A DNA stretch of 64,000 nt from Octopus vulgaris (GCA_951406725.2 OX597823.1:13764001-13828000); one strand, 5' to 3'; shown: positions 15,471 through 29,083, counted from the stretch's first letter. Numbers and translations are program-made. The notes: a model not told the origin generated them from the letters alone.

Positions 15471-15471
<1 letters not shown>
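14110..15471 (+). mobile_element. SINE family A with nested insertions in its internal microsatellite and a duplicated 3' half
   Basis: Head 14110-14275, tail 14915-15125, second 3' half 15191-15471. Confidence 0.85.
14405..14746 (-). mobile_element. tRNA-derived SINE family D nested in SINE A
   Basis: Minus-strand head GAAGGCGCATGGCTCAGTGGTAGAGCGTCGAGCTTACG..TCGAATCCC; matches 28893. Confidence 0.85.
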
Positions 15472-15518
<47 letters not shown>

Positions 15519-16107
15519 GTTGACGCTTTTGCTCTGGTTTTGGTTTCCTCTTATTCTATTTAGCTCTCATGTCTGATCAAATTACTTACCTGCTGTGATC
15601 ATACTGACATTTTAGGGATATCTACAACTACATTATCTAGTATGCCCATCCCCGTTTCTTCTCTACTTTTTTTTTAGACGGTAGGCTGTGATCTGAAGTG
15701 AATTTGGTTGCTATTTGTAGCACATCACGTGACAGAGAACAGGCGGCCATATTTGTCTGGCGTCATAATGAAGTGAATGAGTTTGAGTAAGAAATGTCAG
15801 CGATGCTGGTAACTTCAGACAGATGTTATGTGTTAATTTATTGTTGACTTGGTTTACTGCTAGAAAGAAGGTCGTCTCTAGAATTAGACACTACACAAAT
15901 TACATTCATTTGTTGCACTAATGGAGTTTCGGTTTTTGTTGTTGCTGCTGTTGTTATTGTTGTTGTGATTGTCGGTGCTGTTGTTGTTGTTTCGTTATGT
16001 AGCCTGGATTTTTTAAAGAATTATTTTTATATTTTATAGCTTTTTATATGTTTAGGTGTGCGTGTCTGTGAATATTTATGTGTGTGCCTATGTGTATTTC
16101 TTAATTT

Positions 16108-16335
16108 TTTATTGCCCACAACGGGCTAAATATAGAGGTGGGGAAAACAAGGACAGACAAACGGATTAAGTCGATTATATCGACCCCGGTGCGTAACTGG
16201 TACTTATTTAATCGACCCCGAAAGGGTGAAAGGCAAAGTCGATCTCGGCGGAATTTGAACTCAGAACGTAGTGGCAGACAAAATACCGCTAAGCATTTTG
16301 TCCGGCGTGCTAACCTTTCTGCCAGCTCGCCGCCT
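16108..16335 (-). mobile_element. SINE family B
   Basis: Reverse complement of the 11234 monomer. Confidence 0.9.
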
Positions 16336-16403
16336 TCTCGCTTGCCTGTGTGTATGTCTACTGGTATATAGATATTTATATATATACAAATACATATATA
16401 GAT

Positions 16404-16461
<58 letters not shown>

Positions 16462-16559
16462 ATCCATCCATACGCACATACACACACATTATGTGTACAT
16501 ATATATGTGAGTGTGTGTGTATGTGTGTGTATGTGTTACATTATCTCAGCATCGAATAG

Positions 16560-17600
16560 ACCACAAGATGCTATTATACACCACTGGACACAATCCGCTT
16601 TCATTTGTTTCGTTTGCGCCATTCTTTTCCATCTTGACCCAAATTGCTTAGCGGAATTGTCTTCCCATCGTCGTGGAAGCCTTCCCAGTGGCCTTTTTCG
16701 ATCTCTTGAATACCATTCGGCAATGGCACGGCTCCACCTGCTGTTTCTGAAGCTTGTGACATGTCCCGCCCAGTGGAACTTGTGCTTTCGATATTCTACG
16801 ATTACATCGTTTATTCCGCTCCGTTCCTGAATTATCTTATTTCGAATACGCTCTCGTAATGATATTCCAATCATAGATGTTTTCATGGCCCATTGCACTG
16901 TAGCCAATCTATGTTCCATACTCTTCGTAGTGGCCCACGTCTCACTTTTGGAGGCACATGGCCTAGTGGTTAGAGCAGCGGATTCGCGGTCGAGGGATCG
17001 CGGGTTCGAAGCTCAGACCGGGCGATGTATGTGTTTATGAGCAAAACACCTAAGCTCCGCGAGGCTCCGGCAGAATGTAATGGCGAAACTTCTGCTGACT
17101 CTTTCGCCGCAACTTTCTCTCACTCTTTCCTCCTGCATCTTGCAGCTCACCTGCGGCGGACCGGCGTCCCGTCCAGGTGGGGAACCTATACGCCAAGGAA
17201 ACCGGGAAACCGGCCCTTAGGAGCCAAGCATGGCTCGAGAAGGAACAAAAAGAAAAAAACACGTCTCACTTGCGTATAAGAAGACAGGTAGGACAGTGCT
17301 ATTGAAAAGGCTGGCACGTACGATATTGTCTAGCTTTGTTTTAAACACAACCTTTAAGTCAAATGCATTCTATTCTGCGCTTATTTTCCTTGAGATTTCA
17401 TCACCTATATCTCTGTACATATTCACTGTGTGCCCTAAGTAACCATACTCCTATACTTTGTCGGTTTCATCGCTCCTGTCCGACCTTGTGCTACGTCTTT
17501 CGGAAGCACATATTTTGTTTTATGTGGTTTATCTTAGACCTACCGCTAAGCTCTGAGTGTGCTGCTGTATAAGTATGGTCTGCTGTTGGTCTATAGTTTC
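16560..17600 (-). pseudogene. RTE-clade LINE 3' fragment, interrupted by a SINE
   Basis: SETWATT..Q.AM..SM.G.SLRERIRN..I..RSG..D..KFHWAGHV..WYSRDRKRPLGR.PRRWED. Confidence 0.85.
16949..17259 (+). mobile_element. tRNA-derived SINE family C with a 12-bp TSD
   Basis: TGGCCTAGTGG A box, GGTTCGAA B box; CACGTCTCACTT at 16936-16947 and 17260-17271. Confidence 0.9.
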
Positions 17601-17728
17601 AACGATGAGTACAATGCCCTCACTGTAGAAAAGAGTCAAATGCCAGCCTGTTGTATAAGAATGGTGATTTTAAAAAAAAGAAGATTTGAAAAAGAGGATT
17701 TTAAAAAGATTTAAAACACAATCGCTCC

Positions 17729-18136
17729 AGGAGTGGCTGTGTGGTAAGTAGCTTGCTAACCAACCACATGGTTCCGGGTTCAGTCCCACTGCGTGGCATC
17801 TTGGGCAAGTGTCTTCTGCTATAGCCCCGGGCCGACCAATGCCTTGTGAGTGGATTTGGTAGACGGAAACTGAAAGAAGCCCGTCGTATATATGTATATA
17901 TGTATGTGCGTGTAAGTGTTTGTGTGTCTGTGTTTGTCCCCCTAGCATTGCTTGACAACCGATGCTGGTGTTTATACGTCCCCGTCACTTAGCGGTTCGG
18001 CAAAAGAGACCGATAGAATAAGTACTGGGTTTACAAAGAATAAGTCCCGGGGTCGATTTGCTCGACTAAAGGCGATGCTCCAGCATGGCCGCAGTCAAAT
18101 GACTGAAACAAGTAAAAGAGTAAAAGAGTAAGAGTA
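17729..18136 (+). mobile_element. SINE family A
   Basis: Matches other copies. Confidence 0.9.
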
Positions 18137-18189
18137 TACTCTTCTTGTCGCACATTTAAAAGTGGTTTACAAAGTTTTTAGTCAGCAGA

Positions 18190-18590
18190 ATATCAAACGA
18201 TCGCGATGAGCGACAGCCGCAGAAGAGCAAGCAGGTTTCCGTAAGAACTGTAGTACAATAGATTAGATATTCACTGAAACACTGCTCATAAAAGGAGCGA
18301 ATGAGTACAAGCTTCCTCAGTGAATCGCTTCTTTTGAAAACGAAAAGGCCTTCAGTAGCGTCGAGTCGAACACAGATTTGAAATCCCTAGATGTGCAAGG
18401 TGAAGTGGTGCACTACATCAAACTGCTCAGATATGCGAAATTTGGGTGCACAACAGATATAGCTCTACTGTTACTACGCGTAAGAGTCCCAATTGAGAAG
18501 AGAGCCATGCATCTCTCCAAAACTCTCTACCGCAGGAAATGGTCGTCAAATCAAGGACATTGACTGAGCAGGAGACGTGAACATCAATGG
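18190..18590 (+). pseudogene. old RTE-type reverse transcriptase relic
   Basis: EEQAGFRKNCSTID*IFT..NEYKLP..ENEKAFSSVE resembles QAGFR..STIDHI..DYEKAFDSVE. Confidence 0.7.
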
Positions 18591-18708
18591 TGAGCGACTA
18601 ACACACCTCTAATTCATATATGTGCGCGTGTGTGTGCATGTATGTGTAAGTATGTACGTGCGTGTGTATGCGTGCGGGCTTGTGTGTGTGTGTATATGCA
18701 AGAGTGTA

Positions 18709-19762
18709 CGGATGGATGGATGGATGGATGGATGGATGGATGGATGGATGGATGGATGGATAGATGGATGGATGGATGGATGGATGGATGGATGGATGGA
18801 TGGATGGATGGATAGATGGATGGATGGATGGATGGATAGATGGATGGAAGGATGGATGGGTGGATGGATAGATGGATGGATGGATGGATGGATGGATAGA
18901 TGGATAGCTGGATGGATGGATGGATGGATGGATGGATGGATGGATGGATGGATGGATGGATGGATGGAAGGATGGATGGATGGATGGATGGAAGGATGGA
19001 TGGATGGATGGATGGATGGATGGATGGATGGATGGAAGGATGGATGGATGGATGGATAGATGGAGGACGGATGGATGGGTGGATGGATGGATGGATGGAT
19101 GGATGGATGGATAGATGGATGGAAGGATGGATGGATGGATGGATAGATGGAGGACGGATGGATGGGTGGATGGATGGATGGATGGATGGATGGATGGATG
19201 GATGGATAGATGGGAAGGATGGATGGGTGGATGGATAGATGGATGGATGGATGGATGGATGGATGGATGGATGGATGGATAGATGGATGGAAGGATGGAT
19301 GGATGGATGGATAGATGGATGGAAGGATGGATGGGTGGATGGATAGATGGATGGATAGATGGATGGAAGGATGGATGGATGGATGGATGGATGGATGGAT
19401 GGATGGATGGATGGATGGATGGATGGAAGGATGGATGGATGGATGGATAGATGGAGGACGAATGGATGGATGGATGGATGGATGGATGGATGGTTGGATA
19501 GATGGATGGAAGGATGGATGGGTGGATGGATAGATGGATGGATGAATGGATGGATGGATGGATGGATGGACGGACGGACGGACGGACGGATGGATGAATG
19601 GATGGATGGATGGATGGATGGATGGATGGATAGATGGAGGACGGATGGATGGGTGGATGGATGGATGGATGGATGGATGGATGGACGGACGGACGGACGG
19701 ATGGATGGATGGATGGATGGATGGATGGATGGATGGATGGATGGGTGGTTGGATGGATGGAT
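18709..19762. repeat. about 1.05-kb (GGAT)n array with recurring variant units
   Basis: Direct reading. Confidence 0.95.
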
Positions 19763-19924
19763 GTGTGTGTGTATGTATGAAGTAGCTGAGTTACTCGACA
19801 CGGCACGAAATGAAAAGTTAAATCAGCAAATTGAAACATGGAAGTTTTTTGGGTTTTTATTTATTTTGTTTTTTAATAAATTATTCAGTAAAAAAAATGG
19901 AGTCTCAGAAAAAGTTGTAACGGT

Positions 19925-20470
19925 GGTCGATGACGGAGCAACACTGAAGATTCCAAGGAATTTAGGATCCCCTTTGAATAGTTAACAACTAAATTTTGAT
20001 CGATAGCTGTATCAATAGATCTGTAACTATAATCATCCTTTGGAATATTTAGAAACAGATTTTTTTTTCATTTTTTTTCTATTGTTTTCTTGTTTGGTTG
20101 GTGACTTTAACTTCCAGTCTTTTTTTCTCTACCAATATCGCTCTTTCATACAACCAAGTAAAGACTTTTAGCAGTAACTAGTTATTAGATTCTTTGTTTC
20201 ATTACTTCATTAACACTTTGAACCACTGTACTGATAGTAAACATAACTTTGTTGTCAGAGTCCGCTAGACCTCTTCTTCCACCAAGCTGTAATAATTTTT
20301 TTTTTTCCACAAATAGACCAGAATCGTGATCACCATAATTTGTTGCTTCCTTGTTAGTCGTAAGCTTCGATGTTTTAACGGTGTGCCACAAACAGGTTGA
20401 TTTAAGTCTTGGTCGAATCTCATTAGTTTTTGTTCCCTAAGGTATAACTGATCAAATTTGAAATATACAC
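19925..20470 (-). pseudogene. decayed Helitron PIF1-family helicase fragment
   Basis: VIP*GTKTNEIRPRLKSTCLWHTVKTSKLTTN..LLQLG..WLYERAIL..YRSIDT..LNSLESS follows the Helitron Rep/Hel motif order. Confidence 0.75.
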
Positions 20471-21018
20471 TATTAGCCGTAATCATGAATCCCCAATTTC
20501 AAAATATCTGAACAAAATGCAAAATAAATAAGACCATCCATGTTTTTGTAAAGAATCCGTTATTATGAAATTATTCTTAAAGTTCTTATTTCAAATGTTT
20601 GCTTTACAAAAGCTAATCAACTTTCTTTCCATGTGTGTGCGTGCGAGTGCATGTTAAGGCTGTATCATGCGCGGGGACAGAAATAATCGGACTGAATACC
20701 CGATCGCGCGGTTAAACCATTGGGAGTGAAGGACTCCTAGCTTTTGTTAGGGCATTCTTCTAGGAGAAGGTAACTCAGGAAACTGGGATAACTCCGACAT
20801 AAAACCTGCGGCTCAGTGGTTACCGATGATGTTGACTTGTTCTTCTTTTCGGATTATGGCTGATGTTGCTTAGTGAGTGGGATTGACTCAGTGCACAGCC
20901 TTTCCTCACTTTAAAAAAAATCTTCATTCACAGGCATTGCACGATAACAACATTGATTAAGCTTCATGCAATGGCCATACTCGATAACGAGGGGGCAGCC
21001 ACCATATATATATATATA

Positions 21019-21231
21019 CGAAGGAGTGATGAAGAGTTTTTGGTTTTGGGTAAAAAGAAAATACAGGAGAATCAGTTAATTATGATTTCATTCAACATAT
21101 TTCCCTCTCGGATTCATACACTTATTGCAGCTGTCCTTCAGTTTTCCTAAAGCCAGCAAAAGAACTCGGAAGGGTTGACCTCCAGCCACGCCTTTCGCGA
21201 AAACCTTAAAGTACTTTTCAGCACCCCATCG
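21019..21231. mobile_element. mariner-type MITE
   Basis: Imperfect TIRs CGAAGGAGTGATGAAGAGT / ACTTTTCAGCACCCCATCG with TA on both sides; partial copy at 55054-55200. Confidence 0.7.
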
Positions 21232-21239
21232 TACGTATA

Positions 21240-21458
21240 GGCGGCGAGCTGGCAGAGACGTTAGCACGCTGGGCGAAATGCGTAGCCGTATTTCGTCTGC
21301 CGCTACGTTCTGAGTTCAAATTCCGCCGAGGTCGACTTTACCTTTCATCCTTTCGAGGTCGATTAAATAAGTACCAGTTACGCACTGGGGTCGATATAAT
21401 CGACTTAAACCGTTTGTTTGTCCTCTTTTTTTAGCCCCTTGTGGGTAGTAAAGAAATA
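21240..21458 (+). mobile_element. SINE family B
   Basis: Matches other copies. Confidence 0.9.
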
Positions 21459-22009
21459 TGTATGTATGTATGTATGTATGTACGTATGTATGTATGTATG
21501 TATGTATGTATGTATGTATGTATGTATGTATGTATGTGTTTGCATATTCTCCCAAGATAGAATAGTCCGCCATTAAAATACCACTTAAAGACTGCTTGCT
21601 GTAAACTGCACCAACTGTGCATCTATTCAGGAAACAGCTGTAAGGATCAATCTGCACATCTTCCTTCTCTTCTCTTATCAGCATCATCATCATCATTATC
21701 AGCATCGGTATCAACAGCAGCAGCAGCAGCAGCAAAACTACCAGCAGTAGCAAACGGCCACGACACAAACACGATCGTAGTCGACATCGTAGACATAGGC
21801 ATCATCATCTTAATTACCAACATCTATACTCTTACTTTAAAATGAATACAAGATGTGGCGTTAACTCTCACTCTCTCTCTCTCTCCCCTCCTTCTCTCCC
21901 TCCTTTTTTATCTATGTATCTATCTGCCTTTTTTTCCGTCTCTCTTCCGCTTCTTTTTTCTTCTGTTTCTTTCCCTGCCTTTCTATCTATCTGTTTATCT
22001 AACTATCTA

Positions 22010-22661
22010 TTGGGTTGGTGCATAATTATTGCGGCTTTTTTCAACAAATTTTATTCAACAACTAGCAGTATCGCCCGTCGTTGCTCGGGTTTGTAAGGGA
22101 AATAACTATATAAGCATTTTTAGAGATGTAAAGTATAATAGCCATCTCAATATGGCTAACCACAAAGCGGGGGGTGTTACTGTAGCTTTTTACGTTCTGA
22201 GATTTAATGACAAATTTTTAGAGAGTTACTTCCCTTATATATGCCAAAAATGCATTAAAAATGTGAAAAATTGATGGTAATTTTTTTTTAAATCGTAGAC
22301 TCATCGTAGACGCGCTCTTATACCCAGAAGGGCTCGATATGAATCACGACTATAAGATACCGGGTTTTGGTTAAACTGCACCGCAAAATGTGGGAGTAGT
22401 TAGGAATCTAAATCGTAGGAGACAGACAGCACACAACCTCTCTTTTATATATAAAGATAACTACAACATGTAACAGAAACATCTTTAAATGATTATTCCG
22501 GAGCATATTCACCATCTACTTCAATTACTACCTCCCATTTGCTTGGCAGTCAGACCGTCATTTAAAGGTTTTTGGGTTTTTTTTGTTAAATATTGTTATT
22601 GCTTATGTCGAATAAAATTTTGTGGAAAAAAAAAAGCCGCAATAATTATGCACCAACCCAA
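22010..22661. mobile_element. mariner MITE (Hsmar1/MADE1-like TIR) carrying a nested Helitron
   Basis: Perfect TIR TTGGGTTGGTGCATAATTATTGCGGCTTTTTT, TA TSD. Confidence 0.9.
22062..22457 (-). mobile_element. non-autonomous Helitron
   Basis: TC..CTAG termini, A|T target, same family as 2098. Confidence 0.85.
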
Positions 22662-22969
22662 TATAATCCTTCACTGTTTCTTCTTCACATCCTCCCTACC
22701 TTCTTTACTGATGAATTGTAATGAGAACTTATGCTATATGCTGACTTAACTACCTCGAGATAATTAAATCTCTCTGAAACCACGTCTTACATGTAAAAAA
22801 CAAAGAAAGGCACATCAGATAATACAATCACGCACAAAGATATAATAATGATATCTGGGGTTATCACGGTTGTGACGCCTATCTTCCTACGTCTACGCTG
22901 TCAGAACTGGTCTGGGGGCTTTAAGCAACACCAATTTCAACAGGGATTCTCATGCGAAACTTGATGTTA

Positions 22970-23044
22970 AATGATGCTGATGTTGCTGCTGATGATGATC
23001 GTGATGATGATGATGATGACGACGACGACGACGACGACGACGAC

Positions 23045-23090
<46 letters not shown>

Positions 23091-23428
23091 GTTGTGGTGG
23101 TGGTGATGATGATGATGTTGATGTTGTTGCCGGTGATGACGACAACGACCACGACGACGACAACGACCACGACGACGACAACGACCACGACGACGACAAC
23201 GACCACGACGACGACAACGATGATGATGATGATGATAATGATAATAATGATGACGACGACGACGATGATGATAATGACGTGGTCGACGCCGATGATGATG
23301 ATGATGATGATGATGAGGAGGAGGAGGAGGAGGAGGAGGAGGATGACGGCAACGGCAACAACGATGACGACGACGATGATGAGGACGATAGCAATGATGA
23401 TACCGTTGTTGATGTTGTTGTTGTTGCT
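22970..23428. repeat. compound (GAT)n/(GAC)n/(GAG)n triplet tract
   Basis: Direct reading; includes an 18-bp unit GACGACAACGACCACGAC repeated about four times. Confidence 0.9.
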
Positions 23429-23774
23429 TAGTCTTTGGCCAGCCCTGATTAAGCAGACCTTTTATGCCTCTGTAATCACCATTTTGTATTTTTCTTGCTT
23501 TGCTTTGTTTTTTTCCTATTTAAGACATTTTTCTGCGTAGCTACAACTTTATCCAATGTTTCCTTCCTTTCCTGATATGACAGAAGTCTGAGGAGGAAAA
23601 AAGGGGATATTTTGAAGCTATTTCTATTAAAACAACAGACCATGTAAACGTTGCCTCACTGGCTCGTTTGGATCATAGGATTGATAATTGGAGCCAAAAT
23701 AGAGATAACCACAGTAATTTCCTTTTAATTTATATTGGTTATTATCATTACATTGGTTATTATTACATTGGTTA

Positions 23775-24170
23775 CTAGCAGTATCGCCCGGCGTTGCTCG
23801 GGTTTGTAAGGGAAATAACTATATAAGCATTTTTAGAGATGTAAAGTATAATAGCCATCTCAATATGGCTAACCACAAAGGGGGGGGGGTGTTACTATAG
23901 CTTTTTACGTTCTGAGATTTAATAATAAATTTTTAGAGAGTTACCTCCCTTATATATGCCAAAAATGCATTAAAAATGGGAAAAATTGATGGTAAATTCT
24001 TTTTAAAATCGTAGACTCATCGTAGACGCGCGCTAATACCCAGAAGGGCTCGATATGAATCACGACTATAAGATACCCGGTTTTGAGTAAACTGCACCGC
24101 AAAATGTGGGAGTATTTAGGAATCTAAATCGTAGGAGACAGACACACAACTTCTCTTTTATATATAAAGA
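23775..24170 (-). mobile_element. non-autonomous Helitron
   Basis: TC..CTAG termini, hairpin, A|T target. Confidence 0.85.
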
Positions 24171-24464
24171 TTATCATTTAATCTGATGGAGTGAAGGAAG
24201 CATTCTTCACATATCCTCTGAAACTAGTCGGTGGAGAAAAATGAAGTTTTCCTAAAAATGTAGACTTTCGCAGCTACAATATTGATTTCTCTACAGTCAC
24301 CCAAGGTACCTGGTCGTCGTTTGAAATGGGCGATAGACTAAGTGTACCGCGAAAGATTTCTGTGAAAGAGTTTCGTAATTTCCCAACCAAATCAATTCAC
24401 TTAAATCCCGATAGCCAGGTATATATCTTCCGGATATGAGTCCCGGAATTCTTCAATGTTTCTA

Positions 24465-24835
24465 TCGTCTTCTTTTAATTTTTTCAGTTATTGGACTGAG
24501 GTCATGCTGGGGCACCGCCTTGAAGGGCTTTTTTAGTCAAATAAATCGACTTCTGTACTTTTTTTTTATTGTTAAGTCTAGTACTTATTCTAGCAGTCTC
24601 TTTTGCAGAAATGCTATGTTTCGGGGACAAACAAGCAGCGATTATCAAATGGTGATGGGAACAATCACAGACGTAAACACACACACACACACATACATAC
24701 ATATATGCATATGAGTACATGATGAGGTTCCTCACAGTTTCCGTCTTTCAAATTCATTCACTAGTCATTGATCGGCTTTGAGTTATTATTAGAAGTCGTC
24801 TCTCGTCCACTGTACCACGCAGTGCGAATGAACTC
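24465..24835 (-). mobile_element. SINE family A, old diverged copy
   Basis: Recognisable CATGCTGGGGCACCGCC and AGTACTTATTCTA blocks. Confidence 0.65.
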
Positions 24836-25431
24836 AGAACACACTTATCAAAATGACCTCCTTTACTACAAATCCATGCCTACAACTGTGTTTCTTTTTT
24901 TTTTCCTTTTTTTTTTTTCTTTCTTTACACTACTGCCTCAACACTCTACACTCTACTTTAACTTTCCTACGTTGTTCATGTCCACTCACAACTTACGAAA
25001 TTACATTATTTCAAGCAGAATATCTAATACGTCAAATTCAATAAACTGGTGCACTCATGGAACCGTCATACGTGTTCGTTCGACCTGTTAGAAATAGCAG
25101 TCAAATCCCTCTTAAATAACATTCAAAGTTTTAAATACACAAAGGTTCGACAAAATAAACTCCACTCAAAAACTTGGGTCGATTTAATCGACTAACACCA
25201 TCCCACTACCCCTAAAACTGCCATTATGTCTAAATTACAAACGGGTATCGTTGTCTTAATAATGCAACAAGCTGGCAGAATCGTCAGCATGCCGGACAAA
25301 ACGCTTCCCGGAATTTCTTCCGACCTTACGTTCTAAGTTCAAATTCCACAGAAATCGTCTTTGCCTTTTATCTTTTCGGGGTCGATAAAATAAGTACAAA
25401 TTAAGTATTCAGCTTAAAGACTGAAACAAAT

Positions 25432-25605
25432 AGGCCTAGTAGTGGCTGTGTGGTAAGTAGCTTGCTTACCAACCACATGGTTCAGGGTTCATTCTCGCTG
25501 CATGGTACCTTAGGCAAGTGTCTTCTACTATAGCCTCAGGCCGACCAAAGCCTTGTGAGTGGATTTGGTAGACGGAAACTGAAAGAAGCCAGTCGTATAT
25601 ATGTT

Positions 25606-25680
<75 letters not shown>

Positions 25681-25962
25681 ATGTATGTATGTATGTATGT
25701 ATGTATGTATGTATGTATGTATGTATGTATGTGTGTGTGTGTATGTTTGTGTGTCTGTGTTTGTCCCCCACCCCGACATCGCTTGACAACCGATGCTGGT
25801 GTATTTACGTTCCCGTAAATTAGCGGTTTAGCAAAAGAGACCGATGGAATAAGTACTAGGCTTACAAAGAATACGTCCTGGGGTCGATTTGCTCGACTAA
25901 AGGCGGTGCTCCAGCATGGCCACAGTCACATGACTGAAACAAGTAAAAGAGTAAAAGAGTAA
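25432..25962 (+). mobile_element. SINE family A
   Basis: Matches other copies; preceded by a degraded family B copy at about 25268-25400. Confidence 0.9.
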
Positions 25963-26465
25963 ATATATATATATATAGATAGATAGATAGATATATATTT
26001 CCAGCACTTTATGTTCTGAGTTGAAATTTCAACGAGGTCAACATTGCCTTTCAACCCTCCGGCTTCGATTCAAATAAGGTAACAGGCTGATAATGGTGTC
26101 CAAGTACTTGTTAGACCCACGACTCAAAGGTGCTGATGTTTGGGCCTCAATTAGAAACCTTTTCAATGCGGTGGGTTGTCAGAATCGTTAGCGCAACGTC
26201 TAAAATGTGCAAGAACTGGAGATCAGGGGAGATAAGTCCGACACTAAACATTGACCTGCATCGATAAAATAAAGATACAGACGACAGAAATGAATGCTGA
26301 ATCGTCTCATTTTTAATTATCGTCTAATCGCCAAACTTTCGTCTAGTTTTCATCTCAACAAATTGGAATGCCTATTTTTTCGCTTTTTCTTGAAGGAAGC
26401 ATTCTACTCTTCTTGCTATTTTTCTGCCACCAACATTCCCTATACAGTGTTTCAGAATGCCATTG

Positions 26466-26514
<49 letters not shown>

Positions 26515-26518
<4 letters not shown>

Positions 26519-26690
26519 GTTCCATGCTGTTTTTACGTTTTCGTTTCTCGTTGAGTTCTACGTCTATTTGTGGTGTCCTGTACACACGTATATATATTTA
26601 TATATGCATGTATATATACATGTAGATGTAGGTACATACATATATGTTTGTATGTATGCATATATTTTATTTATTACACTATTGTATGAC
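26515..26690 (+). repeat. interspersed repeat embedded in (TA)n; second copy at about 31820-31970
   Basis: Shared GTTTTCGTTTCTCGTTG.GTTCTACGT.TATTTGTGGTGTCCTGTAC block. Confidence 0.7.
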
Positions 26691-26762
26691 TGAGCGCCTT
26701 CGCGTCGATTTGATTCGATTCGTTTGATTTCGTTTCGTTTCTTCTTCTTCTTCTCTAAGCTG

Positions 26763-26824
<62 letters not shown>

Positions 26825-27824
26825 CAGAGATTCCGTGATAGCTGTGAACACTGTTAGACATACCTGATAGTGTTAATGCTATCGTGAGGCATTGCTAGTT
26901 CACAATAAACCCTTCAGGCACGAAAATTCCCGTCTGAGATGTACACAAATAGTAAAAAAAAAAAAGTTTTAGAAATCATAGATCTAGTTGGCTTTAATAC
27001 CGTAGTAATAATTGTAATGTCTTTTGACACACGTTGTTGAGATGAAGAGTGAACACAATTTTAGCCTTTTCGGCACAAAACGTGAATACAGCTTCCCAAT
27101 TAAAGATGTATTACATTCGGTTCAATAAAGGTTCAAAAATTCTGCAGCTGGTCTTTCTAGCTGAAAGATAGGTTTGTGCATTATATTCGTTTCTTAATCT
27201 ATACAATATGGTACGGTTACATTCAAAAGCAGTCGCATACACACACAAATACACTTGCACACACATTTACTAATACACAAACTCAAATACCCACTCAGTT
27301 TTATACGCTTTATATACGCACAATCAATATATCATTCATGTCTACACATACCTATATACAACATTATATGGTTTAAATTGCATTAATGTGCTAACAACAG
27401 CGAAAAAAATCAATTAGACGGATGTATAGGAATCTAACACATATACGGCGTATAAATGTGTTTTATTCTTGGATACAACAACAATAATAAGCATTGACCA
27501 AGTACAAAAGTATTAAATATGTATTTGTACGTGTGTATATGAGTGTGTGTTCATTCTCACATATACACACACATATATACACATTCATACACACACACAC
27601 ACTCATACACGCACATACATACATATATGTGTGTAAATGTTTACAAATATATTACGTATATATTACATGTATGTATGTATGTATGTATGTATGTATGTAT
27701 GTATGTATGTATGTATGTATGTATGTGTGTGTGTATGTATGTATGTATGTGGGAAGGTAAGTAGGTTGGTTGATAGGTAGGTAGGTTGGCAGGTAGGTAA
27801 GTTGGAATATAGGTAAGTATACAT

Positions 27825-27886
<62 letters not shown>

Positions 27887-27946
27887 CATATACATATATA
27901 TATATGCATTAATATTGTATATATATATATATATATATATACACAT

Positions 27947-27985
<39 letters not shown>

Positions 27986-28085
27986 TTAATATTTTGCTAT
28001 ATATATGCGTACATATATACTACCAATGTGTGTTGTGTGTGAGTTTGTATGTGGTTATGTGTGTGTACACACACACAAATACACA

Positions 28086-28149
<64 letters not shown>

Positions 28150-28892
28150 CTATATATATACAGACATATGTACATATATGCAGGCATGCACACATACTTA
28201 CATACATACATACATACATACACACACATACGTACACGCAAACATACGTACACACATACATAAGCATACATACATACACACATACATACATACATACATA
28301 CATACATACATACATACATACATACATACATACATACATACATACACAGAGTTATTGTGAGTCAAATTGATTGCAATTTTCAGTTCGCTTTTATAATTCA
28401 CTGAAGTAAGCATTAAAGAAGAAAAGGTCTTTTTATTAAAACAAAAGCCATGAAAATTTAGTTTATTAGAATGTTATACTAAGTATGAAATGAAACTTCC
28501 TATTCTTTGTATCATAACTTCCATACAATATTCTAAATTATGAACATAACTGTGAAGTTCAAATTCGATATAAATTCATCATTTTCTTTTTTCAGAACTT
28601 TCGTGAACTCTGGCTTAAGTATAGCTAACAAGATGTCGGAGTTTTGCAAAGTTTCGTTGCAGAATCCTTATATCAAGTTAGCGAGATGCTTCCGTGCCCA
28701 AATATATTTTCACTTTGTAATCTTTCAATATATATTATTCTTTAACTTTTAAAGAATTTCTATAATATTTATGAGACGTTCATCCAGTCGACCGAACACT
28801 TTAAGCACTGTTTCTTCATAATCAAAACCCACAATGCATTTTTTGAAGTATCATAAAAAAGAAAAGAATGCTAGTTGATATCAACTGTAGTA

Positions 28893-29083
28893 TGGTCATG
28901 GCTCAGTGGTTAGAGCGTCGAGCTTACGATCGTGAGGTTGTGAGCTCGAATCCCGGACCGGGCTGCGTGTTGTGTTCTTGAGCAAGGCACTTTATTTCAC
29001 GTTGCTCCAGTTCACTCAGCTGTAGAAATGAGTTGCGACGTCACTGGTGCCAAGCTGTATCGACCTTTGTCTTTCCCTTGGAT
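28893..29083 (+). mobile_element. SINE family D, 5' part
   Basis: tRNA-like head matching 14405-14746. Confidence 0.85.

Noticed and set aside
16949-17022. tRNA-like sequences (also at 28893, 38531 and 55873)
   Set aside because: They are SINE heads followed by SINE bodies, several with TSDs, and have no proper acceptor stems.
18598-19985. Long ORFs (413, 395 and 208 aa) of HPSI/MDGW repeats
   Set aside because: Translations of (GGAT)n; the same applies to the YIYI, CVCV and YLSI ORFs throughout the window.
22921-23540. Poly-Asp ORF resembling acidic shell-matrix proteins
   Set aside because: Triplet microsatellite open in several frames, with no signal peptide or splice context.
24297-24418. 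Plus-strand exon-like segment (CTACAG..CAG|GTAT)
   Set aside because: Short, no recognisable homology, opposite strand to the better exon, and could be a transposon relic.
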